Assembly: GCA_024280885.1 (NCBI GenBank)
Contig: JAJRPF010000044.1
Span: 25,622-89,621 of the forward strand
DNA: 64,000 nt
Direction of reading: 5' to 3'
Source of the DNA: Planctomycetota bacterium
GTDB lineage: Bacteria; Planctomycetota; JAJSAM01; JAJVHW01
Shown: positions 31,376 through 40,449 of the stretch, in pieces
Position numbering within the stretch: position 1 is the stretch's first letter
How the letters are laid out: every line of letters starts with the position of its first letter
Notes under the pieces: generated by a model
What the model saw: the letters and a program-made list of their open reading frames with translations, nothing else
What the model was told of the DNA's origin: nothing
Database searches by the model: none
Position numbers and translations under genes: made by a program

Positions 31376-31525
31376 GGCCTCATCATAGCATGCTACTGGC
31401 ATGTTCGCGCCTCGGTGGTTCGCTGCGGTACGCCTCGTACTCCCCTACTTCCCAGGTCGCACGGCGGCGGCGAAGGTTACGCAGGTTTCTGGAACAACCC
31501 GGTCGGAGTGCCAGAGGACTCGGAG

Positions 31526-32332
31526 CTACGACGTGGGGAGCAGGGACTCCACGCCTTCGGGGGCGCGGCAGGGCAGGGCGTCGGTCCAGCGGCCGGGGCG
31601 GCGGCGGTCGCGGAGGACGTCGAGGACTGCGAGGCAGGTGCCGTGTCCGGAGTCCAGGTCGGTCGAGCCCGAATCGGTCGAACTGGGACTGAGGGGAGCG
31701 CGGCGGGCCGCGGCGCGGAGCGAGATCAGGGGCCCGAGGGAGGCTGCGTCGTCGGATTTCTCGGTCAGGCAGACGACCGCGGCTTCGTGCTCGCGGGCCA
31801 GGGCAGCGAGGCGGTTGAGGAGTGCGGGCGGAATGCGCACGCGGCTCCCGGCGGAGCCGAGGTCAAGGATCACTAGGCCGAAGGCGCCGGAGCGCACGAG
31901 CCGTTCGGCCGCGCGTGGGACGTCGGCTGACCTCGGCGCGCGAACGATCGGGAGTGCGGCGAGATCGACCCCGGTTCGGGCGGCGTCGGGAGGGAAGAAG
32001 AGGTCGGCATCGACACCCACCCAGGCCGTCGTTTCGCCACAGCGCTGCGCGTCGCGGACGAGAGCCAGCGCCAGTGTCAGCACCGCCGTCGCTCTGCCCG
32101 ATCTGTGTCCACTCGAATCACGGCCACCAGCGCGATCGATCAGGTTCTTGCCCGTGTGGGAAGAGAGCTCGACGAGTCGCCCGACGACTTCTGCGAATCG
32201 CCACCGGGCTGGGCTTTTCCCCACTGCATTCGAGCCGTGCGAAGCCGAGCGGTCCACAGTCATGCCGCGGCGCACGCCCGGCACTTGCAGCGATCCCCAA
32301 GCTTCCAGAGAACCGGATGGGAGGCGTCTCAT
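31526..32332 (-). CDS. imuA: ImuA, RecA-like mutasome protein
   Basis: GRLVELS, FFPPDAARTGVDLAALPIVR, LVRSGAFGLVILDLG; ATGA-coupled to lexA. Confidence 0.85.
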   Translation of the reverse strand: MRRLPSGSLEAWGSLQVPGVRRGMTVDRSASHGSNAVGKSPARWRFAEVVGRLVELSSHTGKNLIDRAGGRDSSGHRSGRATAVLTLALALVRDAQRCGETTAWVGVDADLFFPPDAARTGVDLAALPIVRAPRSADVPRAAERLVRSGAFGLVILDLGSAGSRVRIPPALLNRLAALAREHEAAVVCLTEKSDDAASLGPLISLRAAARRAPLSPSSTDSGSTDLDSGHGTCLAVLDVLRDRRRPGRWTDALPCRAPEGVESLLPTS

Positions 32333-32976
32333 ACGAGACTCCTGCGTACCTCGATCACACGTCCCAGGATTCTGAAATCAGCGCGCGCGGGGACGATGAC
32401 CTCGAAGTCGGGGTTCTCGGGATGCAACTCGGCCCGGCGACGCCCGCGGGGATCCTTCCCGTAGCGCAACGTCTTGACGGTTGCGTCGTCGCCGACCGAG
32501 GCCACGACGACATGACCGTCGCGCGGTCTTCCGGAACTCAGCCTTCCGGAACGGCGCACGATGACCACATCGCCGTCGAGGATGCCCGCGTCGCGCATGC
32601 TCTCGCCCACGACGCGCAACGCGAAGAGGTCATCCGCGACAACTCCGCGCGGCAGCGCCGTCATGGCGACGTGGCCGTCGGGGTCCTCGATCGCCGCGCT
32701 CAGACCGCCAGCTTGCACGCGACCGACCATCGGTACGAGTACCGGCCGGAGTTCACCCTCCGAACCATGCGGCAGGCGATAGCCGCGCGAGACGCCCGCC
32801 TCTTTCGTGAGCCGCCCGTCGGCCACCAAGCGCTCGAGGTGCGTACGGGCGGACTCGACCGCGCGTAGACCGGCCGCCTCTTGCACTTCGCGTACTGTTG
32901 GCGGCCGGCCCGCAAGCAACCGCTCACGCACGAAGCGATAGATGCGTTCCCGGGTCTCGCCGCGCGCTCTTTGCAT
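32329..32976 (-). CDS. lexA: LexA repressor
   Basis: PPTVREV wHTH; VQAG cleavage site; VGESM (Ser) and ATVKT (Lys) catalytic dyad; LHPENPDF. Confidence 0.93.
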   Translation of the reverse strand: MQRARGETRERIYRFVRERLLAGRPPTVREVQEAAGLRAVESARTHLERLVADGRLTKEAGVSRGYRLPHGSEGELRPVLVPMVGRVQAGGLSAAIEDPDGHVAMTALPRGVVADDLFALRVVGESMRDAGILDGDVVIVRRSGRLSSGRPRDGHVVVASVGDDATVKTLRYGKDPRGRRRAELHPENPDFEVIVPARADFRILGRVIEVRRSLV

Positions 32977-32994
32977 GTCGGCACAATAGCATGT

Positions 32995-33016
32995 GATACA
33001 GACGGATGTCCGTATC
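32995..33016. promoter_or_regulatory. Candidate LexA (SOS) box upstream of lexA
   Basis: GATACAGAC-GGAT-GTCCGTATC, 9-bp arms with 1 mismatch. Confidence 0.75.
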
Positions 33017-33030
33017 GTTGGCTGTGCTGC

Positions 33031-33903
33031 TTATCCCACGATGATCCGGCGATCCACCTCCATGCGCCGGCGGCGGAGGTGGAAGGTGAGGCCGACGAGC
33101 CCGAGCGCGAAGAGGGCCCACGTGCCCGGCTCGGGTGTGCGGGCGACGTCCATGCCGCCGCCCGATCCACCACCGCTATTCGCGCCGAACGTGAAGCGGT
33201 CGGCTGCCCAACGGTCCGTCTTACTGCCGACGAGTACGACGGCCTGATCGAATGCGAGGCCGCCATCGGCCGGGTCCGTGATGACGCCGAGGAAGCGCGT
33301 CGATCCGTTGCCGCCGCCCGATCCCAGCACGAAGTCACTCGTGAAGACGAGGAGCCCCGCCGCGTAGAGACGGAGTTGGCCCTCGCTCCCGACACCCGTC
33401 TCGAAGTCGATGAGATCGACGCCGAAGTGGCTGACTCCTCCGGCCGGCGACGTCGTGAAGTCCACGAGCAGGCCGCTGCGTCGTGACGTGCTGACGGCGG
33501 TGCTGTCCACGCCCCAGCTGCCGCTGCCGACGCCACCGCTCTGGCTTGTGGGCGACTCGACCTTGATGGAACTGAGTGCGCCGGTATCGCCACCGACCAC
33601 TCCGGGCGTGATCGTGCCCGTGGGCGTCGCGGAAAACTGCAGGTCGAATGCCGTGTAGCTGAACGCGGCCCCGCCGACGGTCCCGGAGCGGGAGACCGAC
33701 GCGACCGAGCCGACCGTCGGGTCGGCTGCGAATGCGCCGCCCGAGTCGATCACCGTGGAGTCGCCGCGCGTGGCGACGGCGGATTCGAAGCCTGCGCGAT
33801 CGTCGTTGAAGATGGTGTACGAGCCGCCGCGCGCGACGGTCGCGGCGAAGGTCACGAGGACGAGAGACAGGACGTACGAGAGGTGCTGAGCAAGGGAATT
33901 CAT
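33031..33903 (-). CDS. PEP-CTERM sorting-domain surface protein
   Basis: Signal peptide; Ser/Gly/Thr-rich body; C-terminal TPEPGTWALFALGLVGLTFHLRRRR. Confidence 0.9.
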   Translation of the reverse strand: MNSLAQHLSYVLSLVLVTFAATVARGGSYTIFNDDRAGFESAVATRGDSTVIDSGGAFAADPTVGSVASVSRSGTVGGAAFSYTAFDLQFSATPTGTITPGVVGGDTGALSSIKVESPTSQSGGVGSGSWGVDSTAVSTSRRSGLLVDFTTSPAGGVSHFGVDLIDFETGVGSEGQLRLYAAGLLVFTSDFVLGSGGGNGSTRFLGVITDPADGGLAFDQAVVLVGSKTDRWAADRFTFGANSGGGSGGGMDVARTPEPGTWALFALGLVGLTFHLRRRRMEVDRRIIVG

Positions 33904-35309
33904 CGGTTGTTCCTTTTGGCGTTTGTTTCTCCGGCGAGTCGCCGAATAGTGGCTTCCGTGTCGAGTACCTGAGCGTTGGTTGGTGCCAGGTGATGGGCCC
34001 AGGCGGCGAGTCGTTGCGCGGCTCCGAACGCGTCGCCGGGGGCCCGCGAGTCGCGCACCTCGGCGGCCCCACGCAGGCTCCATGCGAGATTGTTCGCGGC
34101 CATGACGAGGCCCGGGTCCCGCGCCAGTGCCGCGGTGAAATGACGCGCTGCCTCCGCGCGATCGCCCCGGCGCTCTGCAGTCATGCCGAGGACGAAGCGC
34201 GGATGAGCGTCGAGCGGGCGCGCTGCGACGTCACGGCATGCGGCCGAAGTCGCAGCGATCGGCCCGGCTGCGCGTGCGCGAAGAAGCGTCTCGGCGAGCC
34301 GCGCATCCAGCCGCTCCCGCTCGCGCTCGCGCCCCGGGAGCAGGAAGGTCGCCGCGCGATCCAGCTCGCCTGAGCCGACGTGATACCACCCAAGGAGTCG
34401 TCGGCCCGCGGCCCCCGCATCGCCATCGGGGAGTTGCTCGATGAGTTCGAGCGTCGCCGAGAGCTCCCGCGCGCGACCCCACCGAAACCCGAGCGCGAAC
34501 GCGATGTCGGGATCGTCTGGACGTGCCTGGAGCGCGCTGCGCAGATGAGCTTGCGTGAGCCCGGCGAGTTCCGCCTCTGCCGCCCTGCGCGCGTGAAGCA
34601 CGTGCGTCGCGGCACTCTCGATCTCCGGCGACCGTGCATTCAATTCGCGCTCGATTGCCTGCGAGATATCGGTGCTCTCGGCGCGTTGGAGAGCGGTTGT
34701 CAGGAGTGCTCGTACACGCTCGTCGGAGGCGTCCTGTGACTCATCGACGAAGCGCGCCGTTCGCGCGTGACGTGCTGCATCGAGAAGATCGAGCGCACCT
34801 CCATCTTCGTAGTTCGCCGCGCGCTCAAGATCGCTTGCTGCCGCGTCGAAGCGCCCGACTCGGGCGTGCAGTATCGAGCGCGCGCGCAGAAGGCCACGTG
34901 TCGCGCCGCCCTCGCGGAACGCTCGTTCAAGGATCTCTGCGGCCGTCGCGCGATCCCCTTCCGCGAGCGCCCGAGATGCCAGCGCGACGGCGGGCGCATC
35001 CCAATCCGGTGCCAGATCCGCCGCGCGCCGGAACGCCGCGTGCGCTTCTTCGCCGCGCGACTGCAGGCGCAGGCACTCTCCGAGGATCTGCCACGCGCGG
35101 GCGTCAGCCGGATGGTGCCCGAGGTGGCGGCGCATCCGGATCTCGGCTGTCGCGCTCTTCCCCGCGAGCACCTCGCGCCTCGCCAAACCCAGTTCGTGAC
35201 CAGGCGGCGCGGCTGCTCGGAGATCGCCGCGAGCACGAATAGTCAGCACGATCAGGAGGGGGGAGATGAGGAGGACGAGGGCGAACGAGATGGCGAGGAC
35301 GCGGCGCAC
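33900..35309 (-). CDS. Membrane-anchored TPR-repeat protein (start uncertain)
   Basis: N-terminal TM; TPR-like repeats (AWQILGECLRLQSRGEEAHAAFRRAADLAP; AANNLAWSL); ATGA overlap with the PEP-CTERM gene. Confidence 0.7.
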   Translation of the reverse strand: MRRVLAISFALVLLISPLLIVLTIRARGDLRAAAPPGHELGLARREVLAGKSATAEIRMRRHLGHHPADARAWQILGECLRLQSRGEEAHAAFRRAADLAPDWDAPAVALASRALAEGDRATAAEILERAFREGGATRGLLRARSILHARVGRFDAAASDLERAANYEDGGALDLLDAARHARTARFVDESQDASDERVRALLTTALQRAESTDISQAIERELNARSPEIESAATHVLHARRAAEAELAGLTQAHLRSALQARPDDPDIAFALGFRWGRARELSATLELIEQLPDGDAGAAGRRLLGWYHVGSGELDRAATFLLPGRERERERLDARLAETLLRARAAGPIAATSAACRDVAARPLDAHPRFVLGMTAERRGDRAEAARHFTAALARDPGLVMAANNLAWSLRGAAEVRDSRAPGDAFGAAQRLAAWAHHLAPTNAQVLDTEATIRRLAGETNAKRNNR

Positions 35310-35522
35310 GAGAGGATCTCCGCTGTGATGTGCAGCGATCTGCAACGATCTGCGGTGCGCTCTCCCACGCGCCCTTGGCGCGCTTTCTGTCCCACACCGA
35401 TCCTGCCCTCTAATCGCGCCACGCGCAACCCCAGCGCCTCCATCGCTCCCACCTCCGTCACTGGCAACCCCATCGCCAACAACCCCGTGGGGCGCAGCAT
35501 CCCGAGTCGCTACCGTGTCGCG

Positions 35523-36176
35523 ATGCCTCCCACCCCCGCCGCCCTCCGCGCCCTCGCGCGCCGCGACCCCAAGCTCGGCGCCGTGATGAAGACGCTCCCT
35601 GCCTATCCTGGCTTCCCGGACGGCGATCGTCGCAACGGGACGCATTGGGAGTCGCTCACACGCGCGATCGTGTTCCAACAACTCGCCGGAGCCGCGGCTT
35701 CGACGATCCACGGCCGCGTGTGTGCGCTCACCGCCGGATCGCGCTTTCCCCGCGTCGCGGAGTATCTAGAACTGGCCGACGACGATCTTCGCGGAGCGGG
35801 CCTCTCTCGCGCCAAGTGCGCCGCGCTACGCGATCTCGCCGAACGGATCGACGACGGTCGACTCCGCCTGCGCTCGATCGGCCGCCTATCCGATGCCGAC
35901 ATCATCGAGCGGCTGATCACCGTGCGCGGAATCGGCGTGTGGAGCGCACAGATGTTCCTGATGTTCCGGTTGGGACGACTGGACGTGATGCCGTCGGGGG
36001 ACCTTGGAGTGCGCGAGGGCGTGCGTCTGCTCGACAGCCTCGATGCGCGCCCTACGCCGAAGGAGACCGAGGCACGCGGTGCGGTCTGGGCCCCACTCCG
36101 CAGCGTGGGCGCCTGGTTCATGTGGCGCTTGGTGGAAGACGGACGCGCCCGCGCGCAATCACGGCGCGATGAGTGA
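35523..36176 (+). CDS. DNA-3-methyladenine glycosylase 2 (AlkA) family
   Basis: AIVFQQLAGAAA, LRGAGLSRAK, HhH motif VRGIGVWSAQMFL, GDLGVR. Confidence 0.9.
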   Translation: MPPTPAALRALARRDPKLGAVMKTLPAYPGFPDGDRRNGTHWESLTRAIVFQQLAGAAASTIHGRVCALTAGSRFPRVAEYLELADDDLRGAGLSRAKCAALRDLAERIDDGRLRLRSIGRLSDADIIERLITVRGIGVWSAQMFLMFRLGRLDVMPSGDLGVREGVRLLDSLDARPTPKETEARGAVWAPLRSVGAWFMWRLVEDGRARAQSRRDE

Positions 36177-36373
36177 CCGGTGCACGGGCGTGCGGGGTCT
36201 CGCGGGTTCGGTCCCACCGCGCCACCGCAACTTTTGCGGTCCCGCAGACGTTCTCAGGGGCGCTACGGCGCGTTGACCGGATCGGCGGCGCCCCGAGGCT
36301 TGAGCTCGGTGCCCGCACGAAGATTGATGGGGATCATCTTCGTGCCGCGCGAGGTGCCGTGAAGGAGGCAGCG

Positions 36374-38875
36374 ATGAAGTGGGCGGTTGAGAGTCGTCGG
36401 TCATGGCAGAGTTGTTGGTCCGGGGCCTCGGTGTCCGCTCGGTCTGCACGCGCTACGCTCGCATGTGCTGGCGCGCTGATGCTGATGGGGCCGGCGTACG
36501 CGCAGGAGTTCGATCGAAGAGAACTCTCGGCGCCCCCCGGTGCCGAACAATCCGAATTCGGGTTCGCGGCTGCAATCGACGCCAACATCCTGGTACTTGG
36601 CGCCCCGGGGGCCGATCTCCGCGACGGTGACGCGACGTTCACCGATGCGGGTGCGATCTATATCTACGAGCGCGTGGACGGCGCGTGGACGCTTCGGCAG
36701 CGCATCGACTCCCCGGTCCCCGTGATCGACCAGCGCTTCGGGCACGCCGTCGACGTTGACCGCACTCGCATTGTGGTCGGCGCGCCCGGGCACGCCATCG
36801 CTCGCGGTTTCGAACCCGACGGCACGGTCTTCGAGGATCTGCCAGTTCCCGGAGCCGCGTACACCTACGTCAATGGTCCGAACGGCTGGGTGCTCGAAGC
36901 CGAGTTGGCGACGGACGTCACCGGAGCCGAGGGTTGGTCGTTCGGCGCCGCCGTCGGCGTTGCGGACGACAGCATTCTCGTCGGCGCACCCGATGGGGAG
37001 CGCGTCGTCCCCTTCAATCGTGTTGACGATGCCTGGGAAGGACAGTGGCCGATCGATGGACCCTACGCCGGGAGATCGACCGGATTTGGCTCGTCGATTT
37101 CGATCGACGGGCGCGAGGCGTTCGTCGGCGCACCGGGCGCCGAGGGCGCGGGTGGCGTCGAGCGCCAGGGAAGCGTCTCGTACCTGACTGGATACGATCC
37201 TTCGTACTGGGTCCGCGTCGCGACCTTCACGGGGCCGCGACAGGCTGGCGCCGAATTCGGCACGACGATTGCCTTCTCGCAGGGCCGCCTCGCGGTCGGT
37301 TCACCGCGAGAAGACGGCGTCGGCGGGGAGTTCGATGCCGGGCGCGTCCGTATCTACGAGAAGCAGTTCATCACCCGACCGCTCTTCAAGGAAGTCGCAG
37401 TGATCGACGGCTCGAACGTCACCGCCGGAGCGCGGTTCGGAGCGCTCGTTGCGCTGCAAGGCGACTCACTTGCCATCGCGAGCGGTGACGAAAGCGCCCC
37501 GTCACTCTTCCGCCGCGCGGAGGGTGTCTGGACGCCTGTGGCCTCGCTTGCCGGGCCTACGCCGTTACGCGCGACGGCGGTCGCGATCGATCAACAATCG
37601 GTCGTCATCGGGAGTGCGGCCGCCGACGCGGCGCTCCTCTTCGGTGGAGTCAACGAGGGACCTGCGCGCTTCGAGTATCTCTACGACGCCCGCTCCCCGA
37701 TTGCGAGCGGCCAGACGAACGATGTCTCCGTCCGACCGCTCGGGGGCGAGGCGCCCGTGACCGTTGACCTGGTCTCCGGTGAGTTCCCCGTCGTGGGGAC
37801 GATCGATCAAGAGACTCTCAGCGTGCGCGGCGCGACGAAGCCCGAGGGCCGCTACGAGTACACGGTCGCGGCAACCGATGGCATCGGTCGTCGGATCGAG
37901 AGGACGTTTGTCGTGGAGGTTGTCGAGTCGCCGAGGACGCCCGAGTTCTTCGCTCTCGACGGAGTCCTGGGGCGTGGCTACGAAGGCGGCATCAGGTTCG
38001 GCTCGACGCCGCGCCTGAGCGGGAAACTTCGCGTTCTGACCGGCGGGCCTCCCCCCGGAACGGAACTCCTCGGTGACAGCGGTTCCTACTTCACCGGCAT
38101 CCCAAGTGACGTCGGGAGGAGCGATTACGTTGTTCGGTTCGAGCACTCGGACGGTCGGGTCTCCGACGACGTTCCGGTGACGATCACGGTCCGACCGCTC
38201 GTGGACCTGAGTCGCACGGGACGTTCCCGCGAGCGCGTGCGCATCGGCGCCGGCTCCGACGGCGAAGTGCTCCGCATAGTCGAGCTTCTAGCCGGCAGCG
38301 CCCTCGACGTCTCGCTCAGCGGGCCGGGCGCGGAGACCGTCTCCGTGTCGATGACGACGACCGGCGACGTGATCGGGTTGTCCCAGGACACGGTCGATCT
38401 CAAGGACTTCGTCTCGACGGCACCGGGGGCGCTGCGCGTGCAGTACGTGACGCCGACCACGGCGCGCTACTTCATCCGCCTCTCCGCCGATCAGCCGATC
38501 GCGGACGAGCTTCGGTTGAGTATTCGCGCCCGTGCGCCGCGCCGATACACCGGGACCATCCATGTGTCGCAGGATGTCGATCCTGTCGTCTTCTTCGATG
38601 CCCCGGCCCGCGCGCGTGTGTTGATCTCCGCGCGCACAGAACGCGGTAGCGCCGCGCGAATGCGGCTCGATGCGGTCCGCAATCGCAACGGCGTACTGGT
38701 CAAGCGCAAGCGCAGCCGCTTCGGCAAGCGCGTGCGCGCGAACTTCCGCGTGTCGCCCGAAGACGCGGGAGAGAGCTGGTTCATCCTGGAGTCGGCGAAC
38801 GACGCGAGTGGCGTGATTCGCTACCAGGTCCGTGTCCGAGCTGGGCGCGGCTACAGGTTCGATTTCATCCGGTAG
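36374..38875 (+). CDS. Exported FG-GAP repeat protein with Ig-like (He_PIG-type) domains
   Basis: AAGGAGG RBS; about six FGxxV...VGAP repeats; GRYEYTVAATD Ig-like segment. Confidence 0.8.
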   Translation: MKWAVESRRSWQSCWSGASVSARSARATLACAGALMLMGPAYAQEFDRRELSAPPGAEQSEFGFAAAIDANILVLGAPGADLRDGDATFTDAGAIYIYERVDGAWTLRQRIDSPVPVIDQRFGHAVDVDRTRIVVGAPGHAIARGFEPDGTVFEDLPVPGAAYTYVNGPNGWVLEAELATDVTGAEGWSFGAAVGVADDSILVGAPDGERVVPFNRVDDAWEGQWPIDGPYAGRSTGFGSSISIDGREAFVGAPGAEGAGGVERQGSVSYLTGYDPSYWVRVATFTGPRQAGAEFGTTIAFSQGRLAVGSPREDGVGGEFDAGRVRIYEKQFITRPLFKEVAVIDGSNVTAGARFGALVALQGDSLAIASGDESAPSLFRRAEGVWTPVASLAGPTPLRATAVAIDQQSVVIGSAAADAALLFGGVNEGPARFEYLYDARSPIASGQTNDVSVRPLGGEAPVTVDLVSGEFPVVGTIDQETLSVRGATKPEGRYEYTVAATDGIGRRIERTFVVEVVESPRTPEFFALDGVLGRGYEGGIRFGSTPRLSGKLRVLTGGPPPGTELLGDSGSYFTGIPSDVGRSDYVVRFEHSDGRVSDDVPVTITVRPLVDLSRTGRSRERVRIGAGSDGEVLRIVELLAGSALDVSLSGPGAETVSVSMTTTGDVIGLSQDTVDLKDFVSTAPGALRVQYVTPTTARYFIRLSADQPIADELRLSIRARAPRRYTGTIHVSQDVDPVVFFDAPARARVLISARTERGSAARMRLDAVRNRNGVLVKRKRSRFGKRVRANFRVSPEDAGESWFILESANDASGVIRYQVRVRAGRGYRFDFIR

Positions 38876-38901
38876 CATCGGACGTTCGTAGCGAACCGAT
38901 C

Positions 38902-38936
38902 AAGAGCGGCCAGGTGAGAGCCTGGCCGCTCTTTCT
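38902..38936 (+). terminator. Intrinsic terminator-like hairpin
   Basis: aagagcggccagg-tgagag-cctggccgctctt, perfect 13-bp stem. Confidence 0.7.
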
Positions 38937-39105
38937 GCGTGAATGACCTGTGCCGACCACCCCTTGGGCACGATGGGTTCGTGACGCGCATCACCGCTTC
39001 CGATAGATCTCCCGCTGACACCGCGCGGGAGGCTGCCGTCGAGCCTCCCCTCGTGCGATAATCGTAGAGCCGCCATAGTGCGGGGTTCGATGCAGAGGAG
39101 ATCCA

Positions 39106-40392
39106 ATGTCTAGCAAACCGACTGTCGCACGACTCGTGGGCGCCGTTGTTCTTGTCGCGCTGAGCGGATGTGGGGCCGATGAGGCGTCGGCGCCGCCGAC
39201 TGGGTCCGGGCCGAGTGATGGAGCCGGGGCGTCGAGCGTCTCGGCGCAGGACGACGTGGCCCGGCTTGGTGCCGACGACTCGCTGACGGCCGGGATCCCG
39301 GGCGAGGGCGACCTATCCACTGATGAGATCCGCGCGTGGCTGGACGACGCCGCGAACCATGTCGAGTTGAAGGTCGAGCTTCCGATGGGGTTGCGGCTTG
39401 CCGCGGGCCAGGAGAAGGGCCTCGGCGCCAACCCTCTGACGCGCGCGAAGATCGAACTCGGGCGGCAGCTCTACTTCGACACGCGGCTGTCCGCTGACAA
39501 CACCATCAGTTGCGCGACGTGCCATCACCCCGACACCGGGTGGACCGCCCACACGCCGACCGGCGTCGGCATTCGCGATCAGGTCGGTGGACGGAACTCG
39601 CCCGTCGCCTACAATCGCATTCTCTCGGACCTGCAGTTCTGGGACGGCCGCGCAGAGTCACTCGAAGCCCAGGCTGTCGGCCCGATCGAGAACCCGATCG
39701 AGATGGGCAACACGCACGACGCCTGTGTCGAGACGCTGCGCGGGATCGAGGGCTATCGCCTGCAGTTCGAGTCGGTCTTCGAGGGCGTCAGCATCGATGC
39801 CGTCGGACAGGCCCTCGCGGCATTCGAGCGCGTGATCGTGACGGGCCCATCGCCCTTCGATTACCACGATGACGCGACACGCTATGACGATGTGACCGAC
39901 GACGAACTCGCCGACGATCCCGAGTACGCCGCGCAGGTCGCCGCTGCGCGCGCGGCCCGCGAAGCGGCCCCGATGAGCGTGTCCGCCATCCGCGGTCGCG
40001 GACTCTTCTTCGGCAAGGCCAACTGCACGTCGTGCCACGCCGGCGCGAACCTCGCCGACGAGACGTATCGCAACCTCGGCGTCGGCATGGACGCCGCCGA
40101 ACCGGACCTCGGTCGCTACGTCATCACCAAGGTCGAGAAGGACAAGGGCGCGTTCAAGACCCCGACTGTCCGCAACTGCGAGCAGACGGCGCCCTACATG
40201 CACGACGGCAGCGTCGCGACGCTCGAAGAGGTCGTCGCACTCTACAATCAGGGCGGCCACGCCAACCCGTGGCTCGACGAGAAGGTCGTCAAACTCGACC
40301 TCTCCGATCAGGAGCAGGCCGACCTCGTCGCCTTCATGAAAGCGTGCACCGGTCCCTTCCCGAAGGTCGAGACCGGCCGACTGCCGCAGTAA
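39106..40392 (+). CDS. Di-heme cytochrome c peroxidase/MauG family lipoprotein
   Basis: LSGC lipobox; CATCH and CTSCH; QFWDGRA; FKTPTVRN; APYMHDG. Confidence 0.92.
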   Translation: MSSKPTVARLVGAVVLVALSGCGADEASAPPTGSGPSDGAGASSVSAQDDVARLGADDSLTAGIPGEGDLSTDEIRAWLDDAANHVELKVELPMGLRLAAGQEKGLGANPLTRAKIELGRQLYFDTRLSADNTISCATCHHPDTGWTAHTPTGVGIRDQVGGRNSPVAYNRILSDLQFWDGRAESLEAQAVGPIENPIEMGNTHDACVETLRGIEGYRLQFESVFEGVSIDAVGQALAAFERVIVTGPSPFDYHDDATRYDDVTDDELADDPEYAAQVAAARAAREAAPMSVSAIRGRGLFFGKANCTSCHAGANLADETYRNLGVGMDAAEPDLGRYVITKVEKDKGAFKTPTVRNCEQTAPYMHDGSVATLEEVVALYNQGGHANPWLDEKVVKLDLSDQEQADLVAFMKACTGPFPKVETGRLPQ

Positions 40393-40429
40393 GAGGGCGC
40401 CCCCACTGTTCTTGGGAGCACCCCCCTAG
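40390..40429. repeat. Minimal copy of the TAAGAGGG-type terminal hairpin
   Basis: taagagggcgccccca-ctgttct-tgggagcacccccctag resembles the arms at 30482 and 30689. Confidence 0.55.
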
Positions 40430-40449
40430 CCGGAGTGTGGGCGCGATCC

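Noticed and set aside
30482-31525. TA module as an autonomous IS or composite transposon
   Set aside because: No transposase or integrase, and the IR element lies on one side only
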